The notes under the pieces: model-generated
The model's database searches: none
What the model saw: only the letters and a program-made list of their open reading frames with translations
What the model was told of the DNA's origin: nothing
Assembly: GCA_012295275.1 (NCBI GenBank)
Contig: CM022671.1
Location: 13,950,001 to 14,014,000, forward strand
Source: Chrysomallon squamiferum
Lineage: Eukaryota > Animalia > Mollusca
DNA: 64,000 nucleotides
Reading direction: 5' to 3'
Shown here: positions 37,112-50,184 of the stretch, piece by piece
Numbering within the stretch: the first letter of the stretch is position 1
Layout: each line of letters begins with the position of its first letter
Made by a program: the position numbers and the translations under genes

Positions 37112-40100
37112 TAAAACATTCATCAATGTTTGAGAAAATATTTAATATAATAATAAATTTATTATTCATTCGTTATCACATTATTTGTTATTTTTCTTAT
37201 AATAATATTATTAAAATTATTAAAGAATTATTTCATAATTTAATAATTTAATCTTAAAATTTAATTATATAAATTTAATGAAAATTGATAATATATCTTT
37301 TCATTTTTTTTTTTTTTTTACTCAATTTATTTATTATATTAAATAAATATTATAATCGGGTCGCTCTAACCTGAATAATCAAAGTATAAACATTAACAAA
37401 GGTAGATAACTCTATATCAGAATACATTCCTTTTAACCTCAATTATCAACCAGAAAAATGTAACAAAAGGGACATAACTCTAAATTTATATTTTGATATA
37501 ACTCTGAACTTGAAATATGATAATGATAGTGAAAACTTAAAAATGCAAGTATAGTTTTCTACGCTATACATTCGTCCGATGGTAAAAGGAGAAAGAAATG
37601 AATATTTGTTATATTGAATAAAATATTTCTTAATAATAGTCACCAGCGAATATATTCACAAAGAGAGTTATTTCCCTTTAATATGAAAACGAATACTTTC
37701 TCGGATGGAGTTATCTCCCCTTTCTTACATTATAAAAGGGTTTATCAGAATTACTTGATATGAAATCAATTTGTGGAAATATGTGAATAGAAGGTTCATC
37801 AAAGTTTGTGGAAATATGCGAACAGAAGATTCATCATAGTTTGTAAAAATATTTAATGTAATAAAATATTTATTATTGATTCATTGTGCCACTATTTGTT
37901 ATTTTTCGTTTAATATTATTATCAAAATTATCAAACAATTATTTAATAATTTAATATATATTCTTAAAATTTAATTATGTAAATTCAATGAAAATTGCTA
38001 ATTTATCTTTTTCATTTTTTTGTTTAGACTTATTTTATTTATTTTATTATATTGTATAAGCATCTCTTAATAATAGCCACAAGCGAACATATTCACAAAT
38101 AGAGTTAAGTCCCTTTAATATGAAAACGAATAAATTCTGGGATGGAGTTATCTCCCCTATCTGACTTTTTTGTGCGTTGATTATTCAGGTTAAAACGAAC
38201 GTATTTATGCATAGAGTTATCTCCACTTCTTACTGTTTGCAGATCAGAGTCAATAAACATTATACAACGGTTTTATCACAGTGACTTGATGTGAAATCTA
38301 TGTGTGGAAATTTGTGAATAAAAGATTCGTCAATGTTTGCGAAAATATTTAATATAATAATAAATTTATTATTGATTCGTTATCCCATATTTTTTTTTCT
38401 TATAATAATATTATTATAAATATTAAAGAATTATTTGATAAATTAATAACTTAATCTTAAAATTCAATTATATAAATTTAATGAAAATTGATAATTTATC
38501 TTTTTCATTTTCTTTTCTTTACTTAATTTATTTATTATATTAAATAAATGTCATAATCGGGTCCCTCTGACCTGGATAATCAAAGTATAAACAGTAACAA
38601 GGGTAGATAACTCTATATAAGAATATGTTCGTTTTAACCTGAATAATCAAGCAGAAAAAAATGTAAGAGAGGGGAGATAACTCTATCCGAGAGTTTATTC
38701 GTTTTCGTGTTAAAGGGAGATAACTCTGTATAAGAATATGTTCGCTTGTGATTAACGTTCAGGTATATTTTCAACCAATGGAATCCAATAATTTAATTTA
38801 ATTAGTGGACTCTGTTTAATCATTTGATAAGAATTTTAAATAATGAATGATTTTTATATTGAAATTATAGATCAGACGGAAATATTTATAGGATATTCTT
38901 TATTTGTTATATTAGTATATCAATATATAAAAGGTAAATAACATTTTTTTATATATATTAATAATAATAATTCACTGTTGCAAATATATAATTTGTTGAA
39001 ATCTAAAATTTACAAAAAGAACATTTATATTTTGATAAAACTCTGAACTTGAAATATGATAAGGATAGGGAAAACTTAAAAATGCAAGAATTGTTTTCTA
39101 CACTATACTTTCGTCCGATGGTAAAAGGAGAAAGAAATGAATATTTGTTATATTGAATAAAATATTTCTGAATAATAGTTACCAGCGAATATATTCACAA
39201 AGAGAGTTATTTCCCTTTAATATGAAAACGAATACTTTCTCGGATGGAGTTATCTCCCCTTTCTTACATTATAAAAGGGTTTATCAGAATTACTTGATAT
39301 GAAATCAATTTGTGGAAATATGTGAATAGAAGTTTCATCAAAGTTTGTGGAAATATGCGAATAGAAGATTCATCATAGTTTGTAAAAATATTTAATGTAA
39401 TAAAATATTTATTATTGATTCATTGTGCCACTATTTGTTATTTTTCGTTTAATATTATTATCAAAATTATCAAACAATTATTTAATAATTTAATATATAT
39501 TCTTAAAATTTAATTATGTAAATTCAATGAAAATTGCTAATTTATCTTTTTCATTTTTTTGTTTAGACTTATTTTATTTATTTTATTATATTGTATAAGC
39601 ATCTCTTAATAATAGCCACAAGCGAACATATTCACAAATAGAGTTAAGTCCCTTTAATATGAAAACGAATAAATTCTGGGATGGAGTTATCTCCCCTATC
39701 TGACTTTTTTGTGCGTTGATTATTCAGGTTAAAACGAACGTATTTATGCATAGAGTTATCTCCACTTCTTACTGTTTGCAGATCAGAGTCATTAAACATT
39801 ATACAACGGTTTTATCACAGTGACTTGATGTGAAATCTATGTGTGGAAATTTGTGAATAAAAGATTCGTCAATGTTTGCGAAAATATTTAATATAATAAT
39901 AAATTTATTATTGATTCGTTATCCCATATTTTTTTTTCTTATAATAATATTATTATAAATATTAAAGAATTATTTGATAAATTAATAACTTAATCTTAAA
40001 ATTCAATTATATAAATTTAATGAAAATTGATAATTTATCTTTTTCATTTTTTTTTTTTTTTTACTTAATTTATTTATTATATTAAATAAATGTCATAATC

Positions 40101-43100
40101 GGGTCCCTCTGACCTGGATAATCAAAGTATAAACAGTAACAAGGGTAGATAACTCTATATAAGAATATGTTCGTTTTAACCTGAATAATCAAGCAGAAAA
40201 AATGTAAGAGAGGGGAGATAACTCTATCCGAGAGTTTATTCGTTTTCGTGTTAAAGGGAGATAACTCTGTATAAGAATATGTTCGTTTTAACCTGAATAA
40301 TCAAGCAGAAAAATGTAAGAGAGGGGAGATAACGTTATCCGAGAGTTTATTCGTTTTCGTGTTAAAGGGAGATAACTCTGTATAAGAATATGTTCGCTTG
40401 TGATTAACGTTCAGGTATATTTTCAACCAATGGAATCCAATAATTTAATTTAATTTAATTAGTGGACTCTGTTTAATCATTTGATAAGCATTTTAAATAA
40501 TGAATGATTATAGATCAGACGGAAATATTTATAGGATATTCTTTATTTGTTATATTAGTATATCAATATATAAAAGGTAAATAACATATTTTTATATATA
40601 TTAATAATAATAATTCACTGTTGCAAATATCTAATTTGTTGAAATCTAAAATTTACAAAAAGAACATTTATATTTTGATAAAACTCTGAACTTGAAATAT
40701 GATAAGGATAGGGAAAACTTAAAAATGCAAGAATTGTTTTAAATAGAAAATATTTAATATAATAATAAATTTATTATTGATTCGTTATCCCATATTTTTT
40801 TTTCTTATAATAATATTATTATAAATATTAAAGAATTATTTGATAAATTAATAACTTAATCTTAAAATTCAATTATATAAATTTAATGAAAATTGATAAT
40901 TTATCTTTTTCATTTTTTTTTTTTTCTTACTTAATTTATTTATTATATTAAATAAATGTCATAATCGGGTCCCTCTGACCTGGATAATCAAAGTATAAAC
41001 AGTAACAAGGGTAGATAACTCTATATAAGAATATGTTCGTTTTAACCTGAATAATCAAGCAGAAAAAAAATGTGAGAGGGGAGATAACTCTATCCGAGAG
41101 TTTATTCGTTTTCGTGTTAAAGGGAGATAACTCTGTATAAGAATATGTTCGTTTTAACCTGAATAATCAAGCAGAAAAATGTAAGAGAGGGGAGATAACT
41201 CTATCCGAGAGTTTATTCGTTTTCGTGTTAAAGGGAAATAACTCTGTATAAGAATATGTTCGCTTGTGATTAACGTTCAGGTATATTTTCAACCAATGGA
41301 ATCCAATAATTTAATTTAATTTAATTAGTGGACTCTGTTTAATCATTTGATAAGCATTTTAAATAATGAATGATATTTATATTGAAATTATAGATCAGAC
41401 GGAAATATTTATAGGATATTCTTTATTTGTTATATTAGTATATCAATATATAAAAGGTAAATAACATATTTTTATATATATTAATAATAATAATTCACTG
41501 TTGCAAATATCTAATTTGTTGAAATCTAAAATTTACAAAAAGAACATTTATATTTTGATAAAACTCTGAACTTGAAATATGATAAGGATAGGGAAAACTT
41601 AAAAATGCAAGAATTGTTTTCTACACTATACTTTCGTCCGATGGTAAAAGGAGAAAGAAATGAATATTTGTTATATTGAATAAAATATTTCTCAATAATA
41701 GTTACCAGCGAATATATTCACAAAGAGAGTTATTTCCCTTTAATATGAAAACGAATACTTTCTCGGATGGAGTTATCTCCCCTTTCTTACACTATAAAAG
41801 GGTTTATCAGAATTACTTGATATGAAATCAATTTGTGGAAATATGTGAATAGAAGTTTCATCAAAGTTTGTGGAAATATGCGAATAGAAGATTCATCATA
41901 GTTTGTAAAAAATATTTAATGTAATAAAATATTTATTATTGATTCATTGTGCCACTATTTGTTATTTTTTTTCGTTTAATATTATTATCAAAATTATCAA
42001 ACAATTATTTAATAATTTAATACATATTCTTAAAATTTAATTATGTAAATTCAATGAAAATTGCTAATTTTCTTTTTTTTCATTTTTGTTTAGACTTATT
42101 TTATTTATTTTATTATATTGTATAAGCATCTCTTAATAATAGCCACAAGCGAACATATTCACAAATAGAGTTAAGTCCCTTTAATATGAAAACGAATAAA
42201 TTCTGGGATGGAGTTATCTCCCCTATCTGACTTTTTTGTGCGTTGATTATTCAGGTTAAAACGAACGTATTTATGCATAGAGTTATCTCCACTTCTTACT
42301 GTTTGCAGATCAGAGTCATTAAACATTATACAACGGTTTTATCACAGTGACTTGATGTGAAATCTATGTGTGGAAATTTGTGAATAAAAGATTCGTCAAT
42401 GTTTGCGAAAATATTTAATATAATAATAAATTTATTATTGATTCGTTATCCCATATTTTTTTTTCTTATAATAATATTATTATAAATATTAAAGAATTAT
42501 TTGATAAATTAATAACTTAATCTTAAAATTCAATTATATAAATTTAATGAAAATTGATAATTTATCTTTTTCATTTTTTTTTTTTTTTACTTAATTTATT
42601 TATTATATTAAATAAATGTCATAATCGGGTCCCTCTGACCTGGATAATCAAAGTATAAACAGTAACAAGGGTAGATAACTCTATATAAGAATATGTTCGT
42701 TTTAACCTGAATAATCAAGCAGAAAAAATGTAAGAGAGGGGAGATAACTCTATCCGAGAGTTTATTCGTTTTCGTGTTAAAGGGAGATAACTCTGTATAA
42801 GAATATGTTCGTTTTAACCTGAATAATCAAGCAGAAAAATGTAAGAGAGGGGAGATAACGCTATCCGAGAGTTTATTCGTTTTCGTGTTAAAGGGATATA
42901 ACTCTGTATAAGAATATGTTCGCTTGTGATTAACGTTCAGGTATATTTTCAACCAATGGAATCCAATAATTTAATTTAATTTAATTAGTGGACTCTGTTT
43001 AATCATTTGATAAGCATTTTAAATAATGAATGAATGATTATAGATCAGACGGAAATATTTATAGGATATTCTTTATTTGTTATATTAGTATATCAATATA

Positions 43101-46100
43101 TAAAAGGTAAATAACATATTTTTATATATATTAATAATAATAATTCACTGTTGCAAATATCTAATTTGTTGAAATCTAAAATTTACAAAAAGAACATTTA
43201 TATTTTGATAAAACTCTGAACTTGAAATATGATAAGGATAGGAAAACTTAAAAAAATTGTTTTGCAAGAATTGTTTTAAAAAGAAAAATATTTAATATAA
43301 TAATAAATTTATTATTGATTTTCGTTATCCCATTCTCGGATTTTTTTTCTTATAATAATATTATTATAAATATTAAAAATTATTTGATAAATTAATAACT
43401 TAATCTTAAAATTCAATTATATAAATTTAATGAAAATTGATAATTTATCTTTTTCATTTTTTTTTCTTACTTAATTTATTTATTATATTAAATAAATGTC
43501 ATAATCGGGTCCCTCTGACCTGGATAATCAAAGTATAAACAGTAACAAGGGTAGATAACTCTATATAAGAATATGTTCGTTTTACCTGAATAATCAAGCA
43601 GAAAAAAAAATGTAAGAGAGGGGAGATAACTCTATCCGAGAGTTTATTCGTTTTCGTGTTAAAGGGAGATAACTCTGTATAAGAATATGTTCGTTTTAAC
43701 CTGAATAATCAAGCGTATTTATGCAGAGAGTTAAAAATGTAAGAGAGCAGGAGATAACTCTATCCGAGAGTTTATTCGTTTTCGTGTTAAAGGGAAATAA
43801 TATTAAAGAATTATTTGATAAATTAATAACTTAATCTTAAAATTCAATTATATAAATTTAATATAAGAATATGTTCGCTTGTGATTAACGTTCAAAGGTA
43901 TATTTTCAACCAATGGAATCCAATAATTTAATTTAATTTAATTAGTGGACTCTGTTTAATCATTTGATAAGCATTTTAAAATTTAATTAGTATAATAAAA
44001 TGATTTTTATATTGAAATTATAGATCAGACGGAAATATTTATAGGATATTCTTTATTTGTTATATTAGTATATCAATATATAAAAGGTAAATAACATTTT
44101 TTATATATATTAATAATAATAATTCACTGTTGCAAATATATAATTTGTTGAAATCTAAAATTTACAAAAGAACATTTATATTTTGATAAAACTCTGAACT
44201 TGAAATATGATAAGGATAGGGAAAACTTAAAAATGCAAGAATTGTTTTCTACACTATACTTTCGTCCGATGGTAAAAGGAGAAAGAAATGAATATTTGTT
44301 ATATTGAATAAAATATTTCTGAATAATAGTTACCAGCGAATATATTCACAAAGAGAGTTATTTCCCTTTAATATGAAAACGAATACTTTCTCGGATGGAG
44401 TTATCTCCCCTTTCTTACATTATAAAAGGGTTTATCAGAATTACTTGATATGAAATCAATTTGTGGAAATATGTGAATAGAAGTCATCAAAGTTTGTGGA
44501 AATATGCGAATAGAAGATTCATCATAGTTTGTAAAAAATATTTAATGTAATAAAATATTTATTATTGATTCATTGTGCCACTATTTGTTATTTTTCGTTT
44601 AATATTATTATCAAAATTATCAAACAATTATTTAATAATTTAATACATATTCTTAAAATTTAATTATGTAAATTCAATGAAAATTGCTAATTTATCTTTT
44701 TTCATTTTTTGTTTAGACTTATTTTATTTATTTTATTATATTGTATAAGCATCTCTTAATAATAGCCACAAGCGAACATATTCACAAATAGAATTAAGTC
44801 CCTTTAATATGAAAACGAATAAATTCTGGGATGGAGTTATCTCCCTATCTGACTTTTTGTGCGTTGATTATTCAGGTTAAAACGAACGTATTTATGCATA
44901 GAGTTATCTCCACTTCTTACTGTTTGCAGATCAGAGTCATTAAACATTATACAACGGTTTTATCACAGTGACTTGATGTGTAAATCTATGTGTGGAAATT
45001 TGTGAATAAAAGATTCGTCAATGTTTTGAAAATATTTAATATAATAATAAATTTATTATTGATTCGTTATCCCATTTTTTTTCTTATAATAATATTATTA
45101 TAAATATTAAAGAATTATTTGATAAATTAATAACTTAATCTTAAAATTCAATTATATAAATTTAATGAAAATTGATAATTTATCTTTTTCATTTTCTTTT
45201 TTTTACTTAATTTATTTATTATATTAAATAAATGTCATAATCGGGTCCCTCTGACCTGGATAATCAAAGTATAAACAGTAACAAGGGTAGATAACTCTAT
45301 ATAAGAATATGTTCGTTTTAACCTGAATAATCAAGCAGAAAAAATGTAAGAGAGGGGAGATAACTCTATCCGAGAGTTTATTCGTTTTCGTGTTAAAGGG
45401 AGATAACTCTGTATAAGAATATGTTCGTTTTAACCTGAATAATCAAGCAGAAAAATGTAAGAGAGGGGAGATAACGTTATCCGAGAGTTTATTCGTTTTC
45501 GTGTTAAAGGGAGATAACTCTGTATAAGAATATGTTCGCTTGTGATTAACGTTCAGGTATATTTTCAACCAATGGAATCCAATAATTTAATTTAATTTAA
45601 TTAGTGGACTCTGTTTAATCATTTGATAAGCATTTTAAATAATGAATGATTATAGATCAGACGGAAATATTTATAGGATATTCTTTATTTGTTATATTAG
45701 TATATCAATATATAAAAGGTAAATAACATATTTTTATATATATTAATAATAATAATTCACTGTTGCAAATATCTAATTTGTTGAAATCTAAAATTTACAA
45801 AAAGAACATTTATATTTTGATAAAACTCTGAACTTGAAATATGATAAGGATAGGGAAAACTTAAAAATGCAAGAATTGTTTTAAATAGAAAATATTTAAT
45901 ATAATAATAAATTTATTATTGATTCGTTATCCCATATTTTTTTTTCTTATAATAATATTATTATAAATATTAAAGAATTATTTGATAAATTAATAACTTA
46001 ATCTTAAAATTCAATTATATAAATTTAATGAAAATTGATAATTTATCTTTTTCATTTTTTTTTCTTACTTAATTTATTTATTATATTAAATAAATGTCAT

Positions 46101-48639
46101 AATCGGGTCCCTCTGACCTGGATAATCAAAGTATAAACAGTAACAAGGGTAGATAACTCTATATAAGAATATGTTCGTTTTAACCTGAATAATCAAGCAA
46201 AAAAAAAATGTGAGAGGGGAGATAACTCTATCCGAGAGTTTATTCGTTTTCGTGTTAAAGGGAGATAACTCTGTATAAGAATATGTTCGTTTTAACCTGA
46301 ATAATCAAGCAGAAAAAATGTAAGAGAGGGGAGATAACTCTATCCGAGAGTTTATTCGTTTTCGTGTTAAAGGGAGATAACTCTGTATAAGAATATGTTC
46401 GCTTGTGATTAACGTTCAGGTATATTTTCAACCAATGGAATCCAATAATTTAATTTAATTTAATTAGTGGACTCTGTTTAATCATTTGATAAGCATTTTA
46501 AATAATGAATGATATTTATATTGAAATTATAGATCAGACGGAAATATTTATAGGATATTCTTTATTTGTTATATTAGTATATCAATATATAAAAGGTAAA
46601 TAACATATTTTTATATATATTAATAATAATAATTCACTGTTGCAAATATCTAATTTGTTGAAATCTAAAATTTACAAAAAGAACATTTATATTTTGATAA
46701 AACTCTGAACTTGAAATATGATAAGGATAGGGAAAACTTAAAAATGCAAGAATTGTTTTCTACACTATACTTTCGTCCGATGGTAAAAGGAGAAAGAAAT
46801 GAATATTTGTTATATTGAATAAAATATTTCTCAATAATAGTTACCAGCGAATATATTCACAAAGAGAGTTATTTCCCTTTAATATGAAAACGAATACTTT
46901 CTCGGATGGAGTTATCTCCCCTTTCTTACACTATAAAAGGGTTTATCAGAATTACTTGATATGAAATCAATTTGTGGAAATATGTGAATAGAAGTTTCAT
47001 CAAAGTTTGTGGAAATATGCGAATAGAAGATTCATCATAGTTTGTAAAAATATTTAATGTAATAAAATATTTATTATTGATTCATTGTGCCACTATTTGT
47101 TATTTTTCGTTTAATATTATTATCAAAATTATCAAACAATTATTTAATAATTTAATACATATTCTTAAAATTTAATTATGTAAATTCAATGAAAATTGCT
47201 AATTTATCTTTTTCATTTTTTTGTTTAGACTTATTTTATTTATTTTATTATATTGTATAAGCATCTCTTAATAATAGCCACAAGCGAACATATTCACAAA
47301 TAGAATTAAGTCCCTTTAATATGAAAACGAATAAATTCTGGGATGGAGTTATCTCCCCTATCTGACTTTTTTGTGCGTTGATTATTCAGGTTAAAACGAA
47401 CGTATTTATGCAGAGAGTTATCTCCACTTCTTACTGTTTGCAGATCAGAGTCAATAAACATTATACAACGGTTTTATCACAGTGACTTGATGTGAAATCT
47501 ATGTGTGGAAATTTGTGAATAAAAGATTCGTCAATGTTTGCGAAAATATTTAATATAATAATAAATTTATTATTGATTCGTTATCCCATATTTTTTTTCT
47601 TATAATAATATTATTATAAATATTAAAGAATTATTTGATAAATTAATAACTTAATCTTAAAATTCAATTATATAAATTTAATGAAAATTGATAATTTATC
47701 TTTTTCATTTTCTTTTTTTTACTTAATTTATTTATTATATTAAATAAATGTCATAATCGGGTCCCTCTGACCTGGATAATCAAAGTATAAACAGTAACAA
47801 GGGTAGATAACTCTATATAAGAATATGTTCGTTTTAACCTGAATAATCAAGTAGAAAAAAATGTAAGAGAGGGGAGATAACTCTATCCGAGAGTTTATTC
47901 GTTTTCGTGTTAAAGGGAGATAACTCTGTATAAGAATATGTTCGTTTTAACCTGAATAATCAAGCAGAAAAAATGTAAGAGAGGGGAGATAACTCTATCC
48001 GAGAGTTTATTCGTTTTCGTGTTAAAGGGATATAACTCTGTATAAGAATATGTTCGCTTGTGATTAACGTTCAGGTATATTTTCAACCAATGGAATCCAA
48101 TAATTTAATTTAATTTAATTAGTGGACTCTGTTTAATCATTTGATAAGCATTTTAAATAATGAATGATTATAGATCAGACGGAAATATTTATAGGATATT
48201 CTTTATTTGTTATATTAGTATATCAATATATAAAAGGTAAATAACATTTTTTTATATATATTAATAATAATAATTCACTGTTGCAAATATCTAATTTGTC
48301 GAAATCTAAAATTTACAAAAAGAACATTTCTATTTTGATAAAACTCTGAACTTGAAATATGATAAGGATAGGGAAAACTTAAAAATGCAAGAATTGTTTT
48401 CTACACTATACTTTCGTCCGATGGTAAAAGGAGAAATCAATGAATATTTGTTATATTGAATAAAATATTTCTCAATAATAGTTACCAGCGAATATATTCA
48501 CAAAGAGAGTTATTTCCCTTTAATATGAAAACGAATACTTTCTCGGATGGAGTTATCTCCCCTTTCTTACATTATAAAAAGGGTTTATCAGAATTACTTG
48601 ATATGAAATCAATTTGTGGAAATATGTGAATAGAAGTTT
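37036..48639. repeat. ~11.6 kb tandem array (macrosatellite) with higher-order structure and internal inverted repeats
   Basis: The marker ACTCTGAACTTGAAATATGA recurs at 37501, 39040, 40683, 41563, 43213, 44191, 45825, 46702 and 48343 (spacings 1539, 1643, 880, 1650, 978, 1634, 877, 1641). Copies are near-identical by eye, and the ORF track has no ORF in 37.65-48.6 kb. Confidence 0.97.
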
Positions 48640-50184
48640 TAGCAAAGGAAAAAATAAGGTGCAAGGCCGGTTAGTGGTTTGTCAGATGTAATAATGTAAT
48701 TTGTTTTGCTTTTTAGTGTGTATAAATGCAGATTTGATAATGACTATGATTATGATCAAGAAAAGATTATGATGACTTTTACAGCCAGTTATTCCATTTT
48801 AATCATATTTTGTAGACTAGCAGATCTTTTATTTATTTAAATTTTACTGGTGGGGAGAAGGATATTTTCTATCAGGTTCCAGCTGTCTTTGTGTATGCAC
48901 ATTTGTTATTAATGATTTTGGGGTATTATGATGTGACAATTACCCAATACATTCATTTTGCTATTGGACAATTTAAAGTGGAGTTTTCTCCCTTCCACTG
49001 ACTGCAAGTTACTTTATAAATTGGAACTGCACATGAAAACTGGCTTCTTATAATCTTGCTATGAAACAACAACAACAACAACAAAACTAAATAAAATAAA
49101 ACATGGAAATAATGTTGCACTAACTTCTATATGTTGCATTCTGGTAAATGAATAAACACCACATTACTGTGCCAACATGGTTTAAGTAAAAATGTTCAGT
49201 TGGATACAAAATTATTATGAATTATAAATTATACTTTAAAGTTTAATGTAAATATTGCATTCCACAGAAACTAATTTTATATATAAAAAAGAAGAAAATC
49301 ACAGAACTGCAAATGGAAGAGTTAAAGAATATATCATTAGAAATCCATATCTAAAATGTTTTTTCTTCAGGGCAAAAAGTAACTTCAGTAAAATTCAAAT
49401 GTTAATAATATATAAGGTGTTGTCATGATAAATGATCAAAAGTTAACAGAGTACAGAAAAAATATTCCATAGTGAATTTTAAATACTGATCTTGAATATA
49501 AATCAGATAAAATATTTGTGCTTTATCATTTGTGACATATATACACTAAATGAAATATAATACATAGTAACAGTAACATAACTGACTAATAAATAAAAAT
49601 TTTATATATATATAAATAATTAAAATATATGCATAACTAAATATGAAGACTGTACATTATTTTTTTTTCAGAATGAAACAATTCAGTTTATGACAATGAA
49701 AATTTATTTAAATTTTATACTTAAATAACATTGTATATAAGAAATTCAATATATCTATTGGAATGTATGCTGCACATCCATTTTAAACTTGAAGTGGTTT
49801 GAGTTGAAAACCAAATATTACCATCATATAAAAATAAATATAGCTCCAATTTTGTTAACAACATAATTATAATTCATTTTAATAAAAAAATAGAAAACAT
49901 TTATTAAAATATTTTTGACAAAAAGTCAATAAACAAAATTATTCTTATTCACAAAAAGCATGACAATTACATGCTGCCTTTGTTTTTTTTTCTTCAATCA
50001 GTTTTAAATTTGTTATTACATGATTGTTGTCAATAAAACTAGAATTCAAATCAACCACTTTCATAAATAAGTGATTAATTAATTATTTAACAAAAATCAG
50101 TAATAAAACACTTCACTCATATATATTTGGAATAAATCAGTATGTAATATTATTTTACAGATGTATCTGGAAAAGACAGAAAAC

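Noticed and set aside
37036-48639. CRISPR-like array (recurring short palindromic boxes)
   Set aside because: The sequences between boxes are themselves repeated rather than unique spacers. No cas genes are present and the context is eukaryotic.
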